NCBI GenBank assembly: GCA_963555815.3 | Contig: CAUVWX020000002.1 | Location: forward strand, 594,916 to 658,915 | Origin: a bacterium | GTDB lineage: Bacteria; UBA8248; JACPRG01; G963555815 | Direction: 5' to 3' | DNA length: 64,000 nt | Notes under the pieces: model-generated | What the model was told of the DNA's origin: nothing | The model's database searches: none | The model's input: only the letters and a program-made list of their open reading frames with translations | Position numbers and translations under genes: made by a program | In this document: positions 48,011-57,918 of the stretch, one piece after another | Position numbering within the stretch: position 1 is the stretch's first letter | Layout: the number at the start of each line of letters is the position of its first letter

Positions 48011-50725
48011 ATGCCTTCTACGGGGAAAAAGAAACCTCGTCTTTATCTCATCGACGGTTCTTCCTATGTCTTCCGGGCCTACCACGCCATCCGGAACCGG
48101 CTCTCGAATTCCGCCGGGCTTCCGACCAACGCCATCTTCGGTTTCACGCAGATGCTCCTGAAAATCCTCCAGGAGGAGGAACCGACGCACTGCGCCGTCG
48201 CTTTTGACATCGGGGCTCCCGAGAAGCGATTGAAACTTTTCCCAGAGTACAAGGCCAACCGACCGAAGACCCCGGACGACCTCCTCGCCCAATGGCCCTA
48301 TTGCCGGGAGATGGCCGAAGTCCTGGGCACTCCCATCCTGGAGATGGAGGGTGTCGAGGCCGACGATGTCATCGGCACCGTGGCCCGCCGGGCCGAGGCC
48401 GCCGGTTTCGATGTCACCATCATCACCGGCGACAAGGATTTTTATCAGCTGGTTAACCCCCACGTCTCCCTTTGGGACACCATGCGCGACCGAAGGATCG
48501 GGCCCGCCCAGGTGAAGGAGCGTTTTGGCGTTTCTCCCGACCACGTGGTGGACGTCCTCGCCCTCATGGGGGACAGCGTGGATAACGTCCCCGGCGTCCC
48601 CGGCATCGGGGAGAAGACAGCCAAAACGCTCATCGAGACCTACGGAGATGTGGAGACTCTTCTAAGCCGGGTGGATGAGCTGAAATCATCCAAGCAGCGG
48701 GAACGACTCCTGGAATACGCCGAGATGGCCCGGCTGAGCCGGACGCTGGTGACCATCGAGACAGACCTGGACTTGGACGTAGGGGTAGAGGATCTTCGGG
48801 TCCGGGAGATGGACCGCCAAAGAGCTTTAAGTCTGCTGAAGGAGCTGGAGTTCGGCCAGCTGGCCAGTGTGATCCTCTCAAAGGGACAGGCGGCCGCCGC
48901 GCCGCGCAAGGGTTACGTGGCCGTTCTGAAAGAGGCCCAGTTCAAAAACCTGGTGAAACGTCTGAAAACTTCCAACGGGTTCGCCGTCGATACGGAGACC
49001 ACTCATCCGGAGCCCATGTGGGCCAAGCTCGTCGGCATCTCCGTCTCTCTCAAAGGGGATGAGGGGTTTTACATCCCCATCGCCCATCAGTATCCGGGTG
49101 CCCCGAAGCAGCTCCCGGCCCAGACCGTCCTGGATGGCCTAAAACCCCTCCTGGAAGACCCGGCGCTTCCGAAATATGGGCAGAACATCAAATACGACCT
49201 AATCGTCCTCAAGGGGGCGGGCGTCGAACTCCAGGGCGTCGCCTTCGACACCATGGTGGCCTCTTACGTCCTGAACCCGGCCAAACGGGCCCACAACCTG
49301 GAGGAGATCTCCCGGGAGTTTCTGGACTACCAGGTCATGACCTACAGCCAGGTGGCGGGCTCCGGGGCCAAGCAAAAGTCCTTCGACCAGGTGGACATCG
49401 AGACGGCGACACGCTACTCGGTCGAGGACGCCGACGTCACCTATCAACTCACAACCATCCTTGGGAAAAGGCTGAACGAGGCGGGCCTTCGGAACCTCTT
49501 TGACGAGATCGAGATGCCGCTCGTCCCGGTCCTGGCCGCCATGGAGCGCGCAGGGGTCCGCGTGGACGGGAATCTCTTGGAGGAGATGGGAAAAGAGATC
49601 AAGGTGCAGATGGCACAGTCGCTTTCTCGCATCTACGAATACGCCGGGGTCGAGTTCAACCCCAACTCCCCTATCCAGCTCCGGGAGATCCTCTACGACA
49701 AGCTTGGACTCCATCAGCAGGCCCCGCCCAATGCCGTCAGGCGGACAAAAACCGGCCTCTCTACGGCCGTGGAGACACTGGAGCGTCTCGCGCCCCTCCA
49801 TCCCCTTCCAGTCGAAATCTTGGGCTACCGGCAGCTGGCAAAACTTCAGTCCACCTACGTCGAGGCCCTTCCAAAGCTCATTCACCCTGACACGGGCCGC
49901 ATCCACACCTCCTTCAATCAGTCCGTCGCCGCCACAGGGAGACTCTCGTCCTCAGACCCGAACCTTCAGAACATCCCCATCCGAACCGATCTCGGCAGGC
50001 GGATCCGAAAGGCCTTTGTCCCCCGCAAAGGCTGGCGGATGCTCTCGGCAGATTACTCCCAGGTGGAGCTTCGCATCCTGGCCCACCTCTCCCAGGATGA
50101 GCGCCTGCTGGACGCTTTTAGACAAGGGGAAGATGTCCACGCCCGGACCGCTCGGGAAATTTTTGGGCTTGGCCCTGAGGCCGTAACGGACGAAAAGCGT
50201 CGCATGGCCAAGGCGGTCAATTTCGGCGTCATATACGGTCTCAGCCCCTTTGGCCTTTCCCAGACCATTGATGTTCCCGTTGAGGAGGCCAAGGACTTCA
50301 TCGACGGCTACTTTGAGCGATACTCAGGCGTCCAAGCCTACATTAAGGACACGCTGGAAGAGGCCCGAAGGCTTGGCTACGTCACGACCCTCCGGGGAAG
50401 GCGCCGCCCGATGCCGGATCTGACGAGCCCGAATCACAACGCCCGGTCCTTTGCCGAGCGGACCGCCATCAATACGAGAATCCAAGGAACAGCGGCCGAC
50501 ATCATCAAGGTGGCCATGATCGCCATCCATCACCGCCTGAGGTCCCAAAGGCTCAAGAGCACCATGATCCTCCAGGTCCACGACGAGCTTGTCTTTGATG
50601 GCCCTCCTGGGGAGATGGATGCCCTCGCCTCCCTCGTCCGGGAGGAGATGGAGGGGGCTGTAAACCTCAAGGTGCCACTCGTCGTTGAGACCCATGTGGG
50701 CTCCAACTGGGACGAGGCGCACTAG
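48011..50725 (+). CDS. polA: DNA polymerase I
   Basis: LIDGSSYVFRAYHA, EADDVIGT, DTET 3'-5' exonuclease motif, TGRLSSSDPNLQNIP, DYSQVELR, QVHDEL. Confidence 0.98.
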   Translation: MPSTGKKKPRLYLIDGSSYVFRAYHAIRNRLSNSAGLPTNAIFGFTQMLLKILQEEEPTHCAVAFDIGAPEKRLKLFPEYKANRPKTPDDLLAQWPYCREMAEVLGTPILEMEGVEADDVIGTVARRAEAAGFDVTIITGDKDFYQLVNPHVSLWDTMRDRRIGPAQVKERFGVSPDHVVDVLALMGDSVDNVPGVPGIGEKTAKTLIETYGDVETLLSRVDELKSSKQRERLLEYAEMARLSRTLVTIETDLDLDVGVEDLRVREMDRQRALSLLKELEFGQLASVILSKGQAAAAPRKGYVAVLKEAQFKNLVKRLKTSNGFAVDTETTHPEPMWAKLVGISVSLKGDEGFYIPIAHQYPGAPKQLPAQTVLDGLKPLLEDPALPKYGQNIKYDLIVLKGAGVELQGVAFDTMVASYVLNPAKRAHNLEEISREFLDYQVMTYSQVAGSGAKQKSFDQVDIETATRYSVEDADVTYQLTTILGKRLNEAGLRNLFDEIEMPLVPVLAAMERAGVRVDGNLLEEMGKEIKVQMAQSLSRIYEYAGVEFNPNSPIQLREILYDKLGLHQQAPPNAVRRTKTGLSTAVETLERLAPLHPLPVEILGYRQLAKLQSTYVEALPKLIHPDTGRIHTSFNQSVAATGRLSSSDPNLQNIPIRTDLGRRIRKAFVPRKGWRMLSADYSQVELRILAHLSQDERLLDAFRQGEDVHARTAREIFGLGPEAVTDEKRRMAKAVNFGVIYGLSPFGLSQTIDVPVEEAKDFIDGYFERYSGVQAYIKDTLEEARRLGYVTTLRGRRRPMPDLTSPNHNARSFAERTAINTRIQGTAADIIKVAMIAIHHRLRSQRLKSTMILQVHDELVFDGPPGEMDALASLVREEMEGAVNLKVPLVVETHVGSNWDEAH

Positions 50726-50768
50726 AGCCAAAAAGAGGGTGGGTCGGAAAGCCCTGGATGTCAGAAAT

Positions 50769-51944
50769 TCAGCTGGAAAGCTTTTTGGGTGCCCGTTGGG
50801 CGAGGAGATTTCTATAAACAGTCTCGGTTGCGGCCATCATTTTCTCTATTGATAGATGTTGTTCGGCGAATTTTCTGCCCTCTTCCCCCATCCGCCGAGC
50901 CAAGTCCGAGTCCTCAAGCAACGTCAGGATACCCTGAGCCAAGGCCCCGACATCCCTGGGCGGGACCAAAACCCCTGTCGCCCCCGGCATCACGACTTCG
51001 GCAATTCCCCCCACTTGGGTGGCGACGACCGGCTTCCCCGTGGCGTAGGCCTGAGGAATCACTTGTGACGTCGCCTCCGTCCGAACAGAGGCCAGGACCA
51101 AGATGTCCAGGGCGGCCATGACCTCGGGGATATCCTCCCGATAGCCCGCCAGAATCACTTTTTGTTGAAGCCCCAGCTCTCGGACCAGGCGGGTCACCCC
51201 TTCCCGGCGACTGCCATCTCCAACCACGAGGAACCTCGCCTCCGGCGCTTTCACTAAAACCTTTTCGGCGGCGCGGACGAAGAACTCATGGCCCTTTGAG
51301 CCCCTCAGCATCCCCACTATGCCCACCAGGGGAGAGGAGGACCCGATCCCGAACTCCGCTCGGACAGATTCTCCGGAGTTGTCCGGGCGAAATTTCTGGA
51401 GGTCTACACCGGCCGGGATGGAGACGACCTTTTCCGGCGACACTCCCGTGGAGGCCAGGATCATCTGCCGGATCGTCTCTCCGCTCGTGATGATGACGTC
51501 TGAAATATGCCGGTAGACAAAGGTCCGGACGGGATCTTTGTGGACGGGGATGGAGACATGCCGGCTCCGGACGACCGGGACGCCCAAAAATTTTGTCCCG
51601 AGGGCGAGCCAGCTGTCTATCGAGCTGTGGGTGTGGACGATGTCAATCTTGTCCCGCCGGATGATTCGGCGGAGGGCCCCCATCGCCAGGAGATCAAAAC
51701 TCCCGCGCATCCTGACCGCCCGGCACTCCAGGCCCCTCTTCCTGGCCTCTGGGAGGATCCGGCTCTGGGGCTGGCAGGCGATGAGAACCCGGTGGCCTCG
51801 GGCAAGGAGGCGGTCTGTCTCCTCGAGGATCCGGATCTCCTGTCCCCCCCAACCCGGAGACGCCTCCGTATGAAGGACGGCAAAAGTCCCCCCTGCGCCG
51901 CCTGACGGATTCAAGACTTCCCTCGTGACGGAAGATTGCGCCAT
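50769..51944 (-). CDS. GT4-family glycosyltransferase
   Basis: GWGGQE, DIVHTHSS, KGHEFF, GYREDIPEVM, GKPVVATQVGGIAEVV. Confidence 0.9.
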   Translation of the reverse strand: MAQSSVTREVLNPSGGAGGTFAVLHTEASPGWGGQEIRILEETDRLLARGHRVLIACQPQSRILPEARKRGLECRAVRMRGSFDLLAMGALRRIIRRDKIDIVHTHSSIDSWLALGTKFLGVPVVRSRHVSIPVHKDPVRTFVYRHISDVIITSGETIRQMILASTGVSPEKVVSIPAGVDLQKFRPDNSGESVRAEFGIGSSSPLVGIVGMLRGSKGHEFFVRAAEKVLVKAPEARFLVVGDGSRREGVTRLVRELGLQQKVILAGYREDIPEVMAALDILVLASVRTEATSQVIPQAYATGKPVVATQVGGIAEVVMPGATGVLVPPRDVGALAQGILTLLEDSDLARRMGEEGRKFAEQHLSIEKMMAATETVYRNLLAQRAPKKLSS

Positions 51945-53056
51945 CAGGGATTTTGGAAAAGTTTTAGGAATTGCTCCAGGGGAACCGGGGCCAGACGGGC
52001 GGTCGCCAGGTTCTCTTCCACATGGGCGACCTGCCTCATGCCGACCAGGGCGACCGACAAGCCGGGCGAAGACCGGACGAACTGGATGGCACGCTGGGCG
52101 TCCGTGTCGAGGCCGCTGAAAACCTCCCCAACCGCAGGGGGGAGGCCCTGGGCGACGTTGCCCTGATAGAGGGAGGCGCTCGCCATGACAGAGAGGCCAA
52201 GATGTTTTGCCGCCTCCAGGGGGGACATCTCCACGCCATCCACCCGCTGGTTCTTTTGCGTCCAGGCCTCCGGCATGGCCAGGTTCATCGGAAGCTGGAT
52301 GGCCCGAAAGTGGTGATCCTCGCGCGCCAGATCCTGTGCAAGACCGACAAGCTCTGAGAGGGAAACGTAATCGGGGGCGTCCTGGGGCTCGCGGTAGGCC
52401 GTCCAGGTGGCCGTGCCGTAGAAGCGAATGGCCCCTTGCTGGACGTTCATCTCCAGCAACTCAAAGGCGCGAGACATGCGGCGCAGGAACTCGTCCCGGG
52501 AGACCTCGTGGAGCTGGGTTTCAGGGTTATGGATGTAATAGACGTCCAGGCACTCCAGGCCCAGATTCTCGCGGCTGGCATCGAGCTGGTGCTGCAGATA
52601 TTCGGGTGTCATGCAGTGGCACCCGCCCACAATGTCAGACGGGCTTGCCACACCGGGCTCAACGAAGGTTTTCTGAAAATAATCGGCAGGGTTTTGTGGC
52701 GGCTCTCCGTCAAAGGGAATAAAGCCCCCCTTGGTCGCGACGATGACCTCTTCCCGCTTCGCCTTTCCGCTCTCGAAGAGAGTCTTGAGGGCCTCGCCGA
52801 TGGCCCGCTCGCTTCGCTGGAAACGGTAGTTTATGGCCGTGTCGACGACGTTGCACCCGAGCTCCACGGCCCGCAGGGTGGCATCTCGGTAGAGACGGTC
52901 CGTTGCATCGTCATGATGGCCGAGATAGGTGCCCATCCCGATGGAAGAGGCCGAGAGATCTTGATAGGACGTGAAATGTTCGGGTGCCAGCCGCCCTTTA
53001 AAACGCTCCCGGTAGGCGGCGGTCCCGTCAGGGGTGGCGTGTCCACTCCAAGCCAT
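51944..53056 (-). CDS. Aldo/keto reductase
   Basis: SIGMGTYLG, DTAINY, VATKGG, LDVYYIHNPE, ALVGM. Confidence 0.9.
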   Translation of the reverse strand: MAWSGHATPDGTAAYRERFKGRLAPEHFTSYQDLSASSIGMGTYLGHHDDATDRLYRDATLRAVELGCNVVDTAINYRFQRSERAIGEALKTLFESGKAKREEVIVATKGGFIPFDGEPPQNPADYFQKTFVEPGVASPSDIVGGCHCMTPEYLQHQLDASRENLGLECLDVYYIHNPETQLHEVSRDEFLRRMSRAFELLEMNVQQGAIRFYGTATWTAYREPQDAPDYVSLSELVGLAQDLAREDHHFRAIQLPMNLAMPEAWTQKNQRVDGVEMSPLEAAKHLGLSVMASASLYQGNVAQGLPPAVGEVFSGLDTDAQRAIQFVRSSPGLSVALVGMRQVAHVEENLATARLAPVPLEQFLKLFQNP

Positions 53057-53158
53057 TCAGAAACCTTTCTTTAGAAAATCACACCCGGAAAAAGAAATTC
53101 TCCTTCGCCCAGGATATCCCCTCTCTCAGGAAAAACGAAGGGGAAATTGGAGGGATTC

Positions 53159-53893
53159 TCAGGAAATGAGGCGGCCCCCGTCGACGGGGAGAACGGCGCC
53201 GGTAATGAAGTCTGACCCCTCGATGAGGAAGTGAACTGCCGCGGCCACATCCTCGGGCGAGCCGACGCGTCGAAGGGGAACGGCCCGCTCAACGGCCTTT
53301 CTCTCCTCGGGACCAAAATCCTCGGGGAGAAGGACAGGGCCTGGGGCAACGGCGTTGACCTGGACCTCGGGGGCAAGGGCGAGGGCCAGGCCCTTAGTGA
53401 GGGCGATCACCCCCGCCTTGGAAACGCAGTAGGGGAGATAGCCTTTGTAGGGCCGGTAGCCGGCCCAGTCGGCGATGTTGACGATCTTGCCCTCCCCCCG
53501 CCGCTTCATGGACGTGCCCAGGCGATGGGAGAGGAGGAAAACCCCCTTGAGGTTCACCTCCAGGTTTCGGTCCCAGTCCTCCTCTGTCAACTCCTCAAAG
53601 GCTTTTCGGTAGAAAATCGAGGCGCTGTTGACCAGCAAATCGATGCAAGGAAATCGGGCTTCCGCGGCTTGCACCAGGGCGCCCACCTCCTTGGCCTTCG
53701 AGACGTCCCCCTGGACGATGAAGGCCTCCACGCCGAGGGTTTGGATGCTGGCCGCCGTCTCTTCGGCCTGCTCCTTTGAGCGGCGGTAGTGAACGACCAC
53801 ATTGGCCCCGGCCCCCGCGAGGCGAAGGGCGATGGCGCGGCCCACCCTTAGGGCTGAGCCGGTGATGAGGACTGTCTTCCCCTGGATCTCCAA
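53159..53893 (-). CDS. Pteridine reductase/FolM-like SDR
   Basis: TGSALRVG (Arg in the Gly-rich loop typical of PTR1/FolM), VHYRRS, LVNSAS, YCVSKAG, VNAVAPG. Confidence 0.85.
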   Translation of the reverse strand: MEIQGKTVLITGSALRVGRAIALRLAGAGANVVVHYRRSKEQAEETAASIQTLGVEAFIVQGDVSKAKEVGALVQAAEARFPCIDLLVNSASIFYRKAFEELTEEDWDRNLEVNLKGVFLLSHRLGTSMKRRGEGKIVNIADWAGYRPYKGYLPYCVSKAGVIALTKGLALALAPEVQVNAVAPGPVLLPEDFGPEERKAVERAVPLRRVGSPEDVAAAVHFLIEGSDFITGAVLPVDGGRLIS

Positions 53894-53997
53894 AGAGAGG
53901 CCCTCCTTACTCCTACGGGAAGCTAGCGGCAGTCAATGGAAAGGCCCTTCCGTCGGTACGGCCGGAGCGGTAAGATGCGGGCTGGGAGAAGCATCTC

Positions 53998-54699
53998 ATG
54001 GTGTCAAAACCTCGAAAGGGCCGGTCCAGAGATGTCCGAACCGGGCCCATCTGCGTCCTCGCCAGCGGCGGCCTGGATTCCTGTGTCCTGCTGGCAGAGC
54101 TGGCTTCCACCCATGAGGCCGTCCACCCACTCTACATCCGGTCAGGACTGGCCTGGGAGGAGGCGGAGCTTTATGCGCTTCGCCGTTTTCTAAGGGCCCT
54201 TCGCCTGCGGACGATCCGGACCCTAAAAATCCTTGACCTCGCCGCCGGGGACCTTTATGGCCCTCATTGGAGCGTCAACGGCAAAAAAGTCCCAAACTAT
54301 AACGCCGAAGATGAATCTGTCTACCTCCCCGGTCGAAACATCCTCCTCCTCGCCAAGAGCGCCGTCTTCTGCGCCCTTCACCAGATCCCAACCCTGGCAC
54401 TCGCTCCCCTTCAGCACAATCCCTTTCCTGACTCCCAGCCGGAATTTTTCAGGCAGATGGAGCACGCCCTCGCCCGGGGACTGAATTTCCCCATCCGGAT
54501 CGACGTGCCCTTCTCAGGACTCTCCAAGCAGGATGTCATCCTCAGAGGCCGCCGCCTTCCCCTGGAGGTCACCCTCTCCTGCATTAACCCGAGAGGCCGG
54601 GCCCACTGCGGCGCCTGCGTGAAATGCGCCGAACGCCATCGGGCCTTTCGCGCGGCCCGGGTTGAAGACCGGACCCGCTATCGAAGGGTTGAGCGTTAG
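53998..54699 (+). CDS. queC: QueC-family PP-loop ATPase (7-cyano-7-deazaguanine synthase-like, divergent)
   Basis: SGGLDS, YLPGRN, LSC…HCGACVKC zinc motif. Confidence 0.75.
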   Translation: MVSKPRKGRSRDVRTGPICVLASGGLDSCVLLAELASTHEAVHPLYIRSGLAWEEAELYALRRFLRALRLRTIRTLKILDLAAGDLYGPHWSVNGKKVPNYNAEDESVYLPGRNILLLAKSAVFCALHQIPTLALAPLQHNPFPDSQPEFFRQMEHALARGLNFPIRIDVPFSGLSKQDVILRGRRLPLEVTLSCINPRGRAHCGACVKCAERHRAFRAARVEDRTRYRRVER

Positions 54700-54721
54700 G
54701 CGCTCCGGGCAAAGGCTTGCC

Positions 54722-55138
54722 CTATTGTTTCTCCAGGCTCTCCCGGTAGACGGCGCACGACGTGTCCGTCTCCCAGAGGCGTACTTCAACGACCGGAAGG
54801 TCCTGAGAGACCGCATATTGGAAGATGAGCTTCGCGATGTTCTCGGCCGAGGGATTCTCCTCAAGGACGTAGACAGGCTCCCCGAGCCCCTGGATGATCT
54901 CCAGGGCGGGGTCCTCCTTGCAGAGGATCATCTTGTGATCCAGCTCGGCATCCACCCAGGCCTTGACGACCGTCTTGACCTCGCCAAAGTCGAAGACCAT
55001 CCCCCGACAGTCCAGCTCATTGGTCTCAAGCACCACTTCCAGCCTTCCGTTATGGCCGTGGAGATGGCGACACTTCCCCTTGTAATTCAGGAGACGGTGC
55101 CCATAGCAGAAATTGATCTCTTTGATAACCCGATACAT
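54722..55138 (-). CDS. queD: 6-carboxytetrahydropterin synthase (QueD/PTPS-I)
   Basis: GHRL, CRHLHGHN (CxxxHGH), GMVFDF, LDH, NPSAENIA, LWET. Confidence 0.88.
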   Translation of the reverse strand: MYRVIKEINFCYGHRLLNYKGKCRHLHGHNGRLEVVLETNELDCRGMVFDFGEVKTVVKAWVDAELDHKMILCKEDPALEIIQGLGEPVYVLEENPSAENIAKLIFQYAVSQDLPVVEVRLWETDTSCAVYRESLEKQ

Positions 55139-55245
55139 TTCACGACCTCATGACAGCATCTTACGGTGGGGACTAGGGGCTCCATATCCTCTCACAAGCC
55201 TTGGGAGGGTTCAATCCCGTGGCGGGGTCCATCCCCCTTCGCAGG

Positions 55246-55274
55246 GTGACACACCTTTTTAGGGGACGTATAAT
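55246..55274 (+). promoter_or_regulatory. Sigma-70 promoter candidate
   Basis: GTGACA-17 bp-TATAAT upstream of the TPR gene. Confidence 0.55.
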
Positions 55275-55314
55275 AAGAGTCGAACTCAGGAGGGGGGAAG
55301 AAAACGGAGAGGCG

Positions 55315-55800
55315 ATGGCATCGGGTTACGATAAGGAGGAAGCCGTTCGGCTCTTAGAGGAGGCGAACCGCTGCCAGCTTGAGGGGGAGATTGAAGAGGC
55401 AATCCAGCTCTACCAGGCCTCTATCGATAATTTCCCCACGGCAGACGCCCACACCTATCTCGGCTGGATGTACAGCTTTCAGGGACGAACCGAGGAGGCC
55501 ATCCAGGAATGCCAGGTGGCCATCGAACTCGACCCCGATTTCGGAAACCCCTATAACGACATCGGCGTCTACCTCATGACCCAAGGGAGACTGCAGGACG
55601 CCGTTCCCTGGCTGGAGAAGGCAAAGGCGGCCAAGCGCTATGAACCCCGGCACTTCCCTTATCTGAACCTGGGTCGAATTCATCTGGCCAAAGGCCGACT
55701 CACGGATGCCCTGGCAGAATTCCAGCAGGCCCTCAAGATCCAGCCTGAGGACCCCTCCATCCGGCAGGCCATCGTCGAGGCCCAAGCCCGGCTGAACTAA
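55315..55800 (+). CDS. Tetratricopeptide repeat protein
   Basis: AHTYLGW…AIELDPDFGNPYNDIG…PYLNLGRI…ALKIQP repeats; GGAG RBS. Confidence 0.88.
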   Translation: MASGYDKEEAVRLLEEANRCQLEGEIEEAIQLYQASIDNFPTADAHTYLGWMYSFQGRTEEAIQECQVAIELDPDFGNPYNDIGVYLMTQGRLQDAVPWLEKAKAAKRYEPRHFPYLNLGRIHLAKGRLTDALAEFQQALKIQPEDPSIRQAIVEAQARLN

Positions 55801-55845
55801 CCGCAGCAGCGGCCTCTCCACTCTTCACCGAGGGGGTTCTATAGC

Positions 55846-57915
55846 ATGACCGAAAAGTTTACTAATCGTCTGATTGACGAGACAAGCCCCTATCTCCTCC
55901 AGCACGCCCACAACCCAGTCCAGTGGTATCCCTGGGGCGAGGAAGCCCTCCAGCGGGCCAAGGCGGAGGACAAGCCCATCCTCCTCAGCGTCGGCTACTC
56001 GGCCTGTCACTGGTGCCACGTCATGGAGCACGAGTCTTTCGAGGACGAGGCCATCGCCACTCTCATGAATGAACACTTCATCAACATCAAGGTGGACCGG
56101 GAGGAGCGGCCCGACCTGGATGAGATCTACATGCAGGCGGTGCAGATGATGACGGGCTCCGGGGGCTGGCCCATGACGGTGTTTCTCACACCCGATCTCA
56201 AACCCTTCTATGGGGGAACCTACTTCCCTCCGGATGACCGCTACGGTCGACCGGGATTCCCCCGAGTCCTAACATCCCTGGCCGAGCACTACCGGACCCA
56301 CCGGGAAGAGGTGGACAGGAGCGGAGAGCAGCTCACCGCTCACATCCAGCAGCTCTTCGACGTCCATCCCTCCCCCGAGCTCCTGACCGATGACATCATC
56401 CAGGGGGCCGTTCGGGATCTGGAAGAGCGATTCGACTCCCAGCATGGGGGATTCGGGGGGGCGCCGAAATTCCCGCCCAGTATGAGTCTCAGCCTCCTCC
56501 TCAGGGTTTGGCGCCAGTCCGGGCGGGCGAAGGTCCTTCACATGGTGGAACAGACCCTGGAGGGAATGGCCCGCGGAGGCATGTACGACCAGCTGGGTGG
56601 AGGCTTTCACCGCTACTCCACCGATGACGTCTGGCTGGTCCCTCACTTTGAAAAAATGCTCTATGACAACGCCCTCCTCTCTCGGGCCTATCTGGAGGCT
56701 TACCAGGCGACGGGCAAAGAGCTCTACCGGCGGGTCGTTACAGAGACCCTCGACTATGTCCTTCGAGAGATGACCCATCCGACCGGGGGGTTTTACTCAA
56801 CCCAGGATGCGGACAGTGAGGGAGAGGAAGGGAAGTTCTTCGTGTGGCGACCCGAGGAGATAAAAGCTCTCCTGGGAGACACCGAAGGGGAGGCCTTCTG
56901 TCAGTACTACGGGGTCACTCCGGACGGAAACTTTGAGCACGCAACAAGCATCCTTCACCTCGACCGAACCCCCGAGCAGGTGGCCGGGGAGCTGGGTATG
57001 TCACCCGAGGAGCTTCAGACCCTCATCTCGAAGGCAAAGCCCAAACTCTTTGAAACGAGAGAGAAGCGCGTCAAACCCGGCCTGGACGACAAGACCCTAA
57101 CCAGCTGGAACGGCCTCATGATCGGGAGCATGGCCCTCGGCTACCGGATTCTCGAGGACCCCCGCTATCTCGAGGCCGCTCGAAGCGCGGCTGGATTCAT
57201 CCTGCGAGAGATGCGCCGGGGAGATCTTTTGCTTCGGACCCACCGAGGGGGGGAGAGCAAACTGAACGCCTATCTTGACGACTACTCCTTCCTGCTGGGC
57301 GGTCTCATCGACCTCTACGAGGCCACCTTTGACCTCCAGTGGCTTCGGGAGGCAAAGATGCTGGCAAAAACCCTCATCGAGCAGTTCTGGGACAATCGCA
57401 CAGGGGCCTTCTTCTTCACCGGAAAGGACCACGAGCAGCTCATCACCCGGTCAAAGTCGTGCTTTGACACCGCCATCCCCTCGGGAAATTCGGTGGCGAC
57501 CATGAGCCTCCTTCGGCTCGGTGCCCTCACCGGGGATTCCTCTTTCAGCCAGAAGGCGTTGGACACCATGCGGACGTTCCGCACCGCTATCGAGCGTATC
57601 CCGGCGGGATGCGGACAGATGCTCTGCGCCCTGGATTTCTACCTCGAATCCCCCAAGGAGGTGGCTATCGTCGGGCCAAAAGAGTCCCCCGAGACGCTGA
57701 CAATTCTAAAGGCCATCCACAGCCGGTTTGTCCCGAACAAGATTGTCGCCCTGTTGGACCCAGCCGAGGAGGGAAAAGGTGTCGAGGATGAGATCCCGCT
57801 CTTGAAGGAAAAGACGATGCAGGACGGGAAGCCCACGGTCTATGTCTGCAAGAATTATACCTGTCAGGCCCCAACCACGGACCCGAATGAACTGGTGAAG
57901 GCCCTGAAAGCCTAG
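55846..57915 (+). CDS. Thioredoxin-domain DUF255/YyaL (SPATA20-like) protein
   Basis: [48 protein letters not shown]. Confidence 0.93.
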   Translation: MTEKFTNRLIDETSPYLLQHAHNPVQWYPWGEEALQRAKAEDKPILLSVGYSACHWCHVMEHESFEDEAIATLMNEHFINIKVDREERPDLDEIYMQAVQMMTGSGGWPMTVFLTPDLKPFYGGTYFPPDDRYGRPGFPRVLTSLAEHYRTHREEVDRSGEQLTAHIQQLFDVHPSPELLTDDIIQGAVRDLEERFDSQHGGFGGAPKFPPSMSLSLLLRVWRQSGRAKVLHMVEQTLEGMARGGMYDQLGGGFHRYSTDDVWLVPHFEKMLYDNALLSRAYLEAYQATGKELYRRVVTETLDYVLREMTHPTGGFYSTQDADSEGEEGKFFVWRPEEIKALLGDTEGEAFCQYYGVTPDGNFEHATSILHLDRTPEQVAGELGMSPEELQTLISKAKPKLFETREKRVKPGLDDKTLTSWNGLMIGSMALGYRILEDPRYLEAARSAAGFILREMRRGDLLLRTHRGGESKLNAYLDDYSFLLGGLIDLYEATFDLQWLREAKMLAKTLIEQFWDNRTGAFFFTGKDHEQLITRSKSCFDTAIPSGNSVATMSLLRLGALTGDSSFSQKALDTMRTFRTAIERIPAGCGQMLCALDFYLESPKEVAIVGPKESPETLTILKAIHSRFVPNKIVALLDPAEEGKGVEDEIPLLKEKTMQDGKPTVYVCKNYTCQAPTTDPNELVKALKA

Positions 57916-57918
57916 CGG

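Noticed and set aside
47012..48544. 510-aa minus-strand ORF and the many other antisense ORFs in the track
   Set aside because: They overlap well-supported genes on the opposite strand and have non-protein-like composition
53998..55138. Dpd/QatC-type DNA-modification or anti-phage system
   Set aside because: No dpdA/tgt-like, TatD or ATPase partners nearby; the neighbours are small-molecule enzymes
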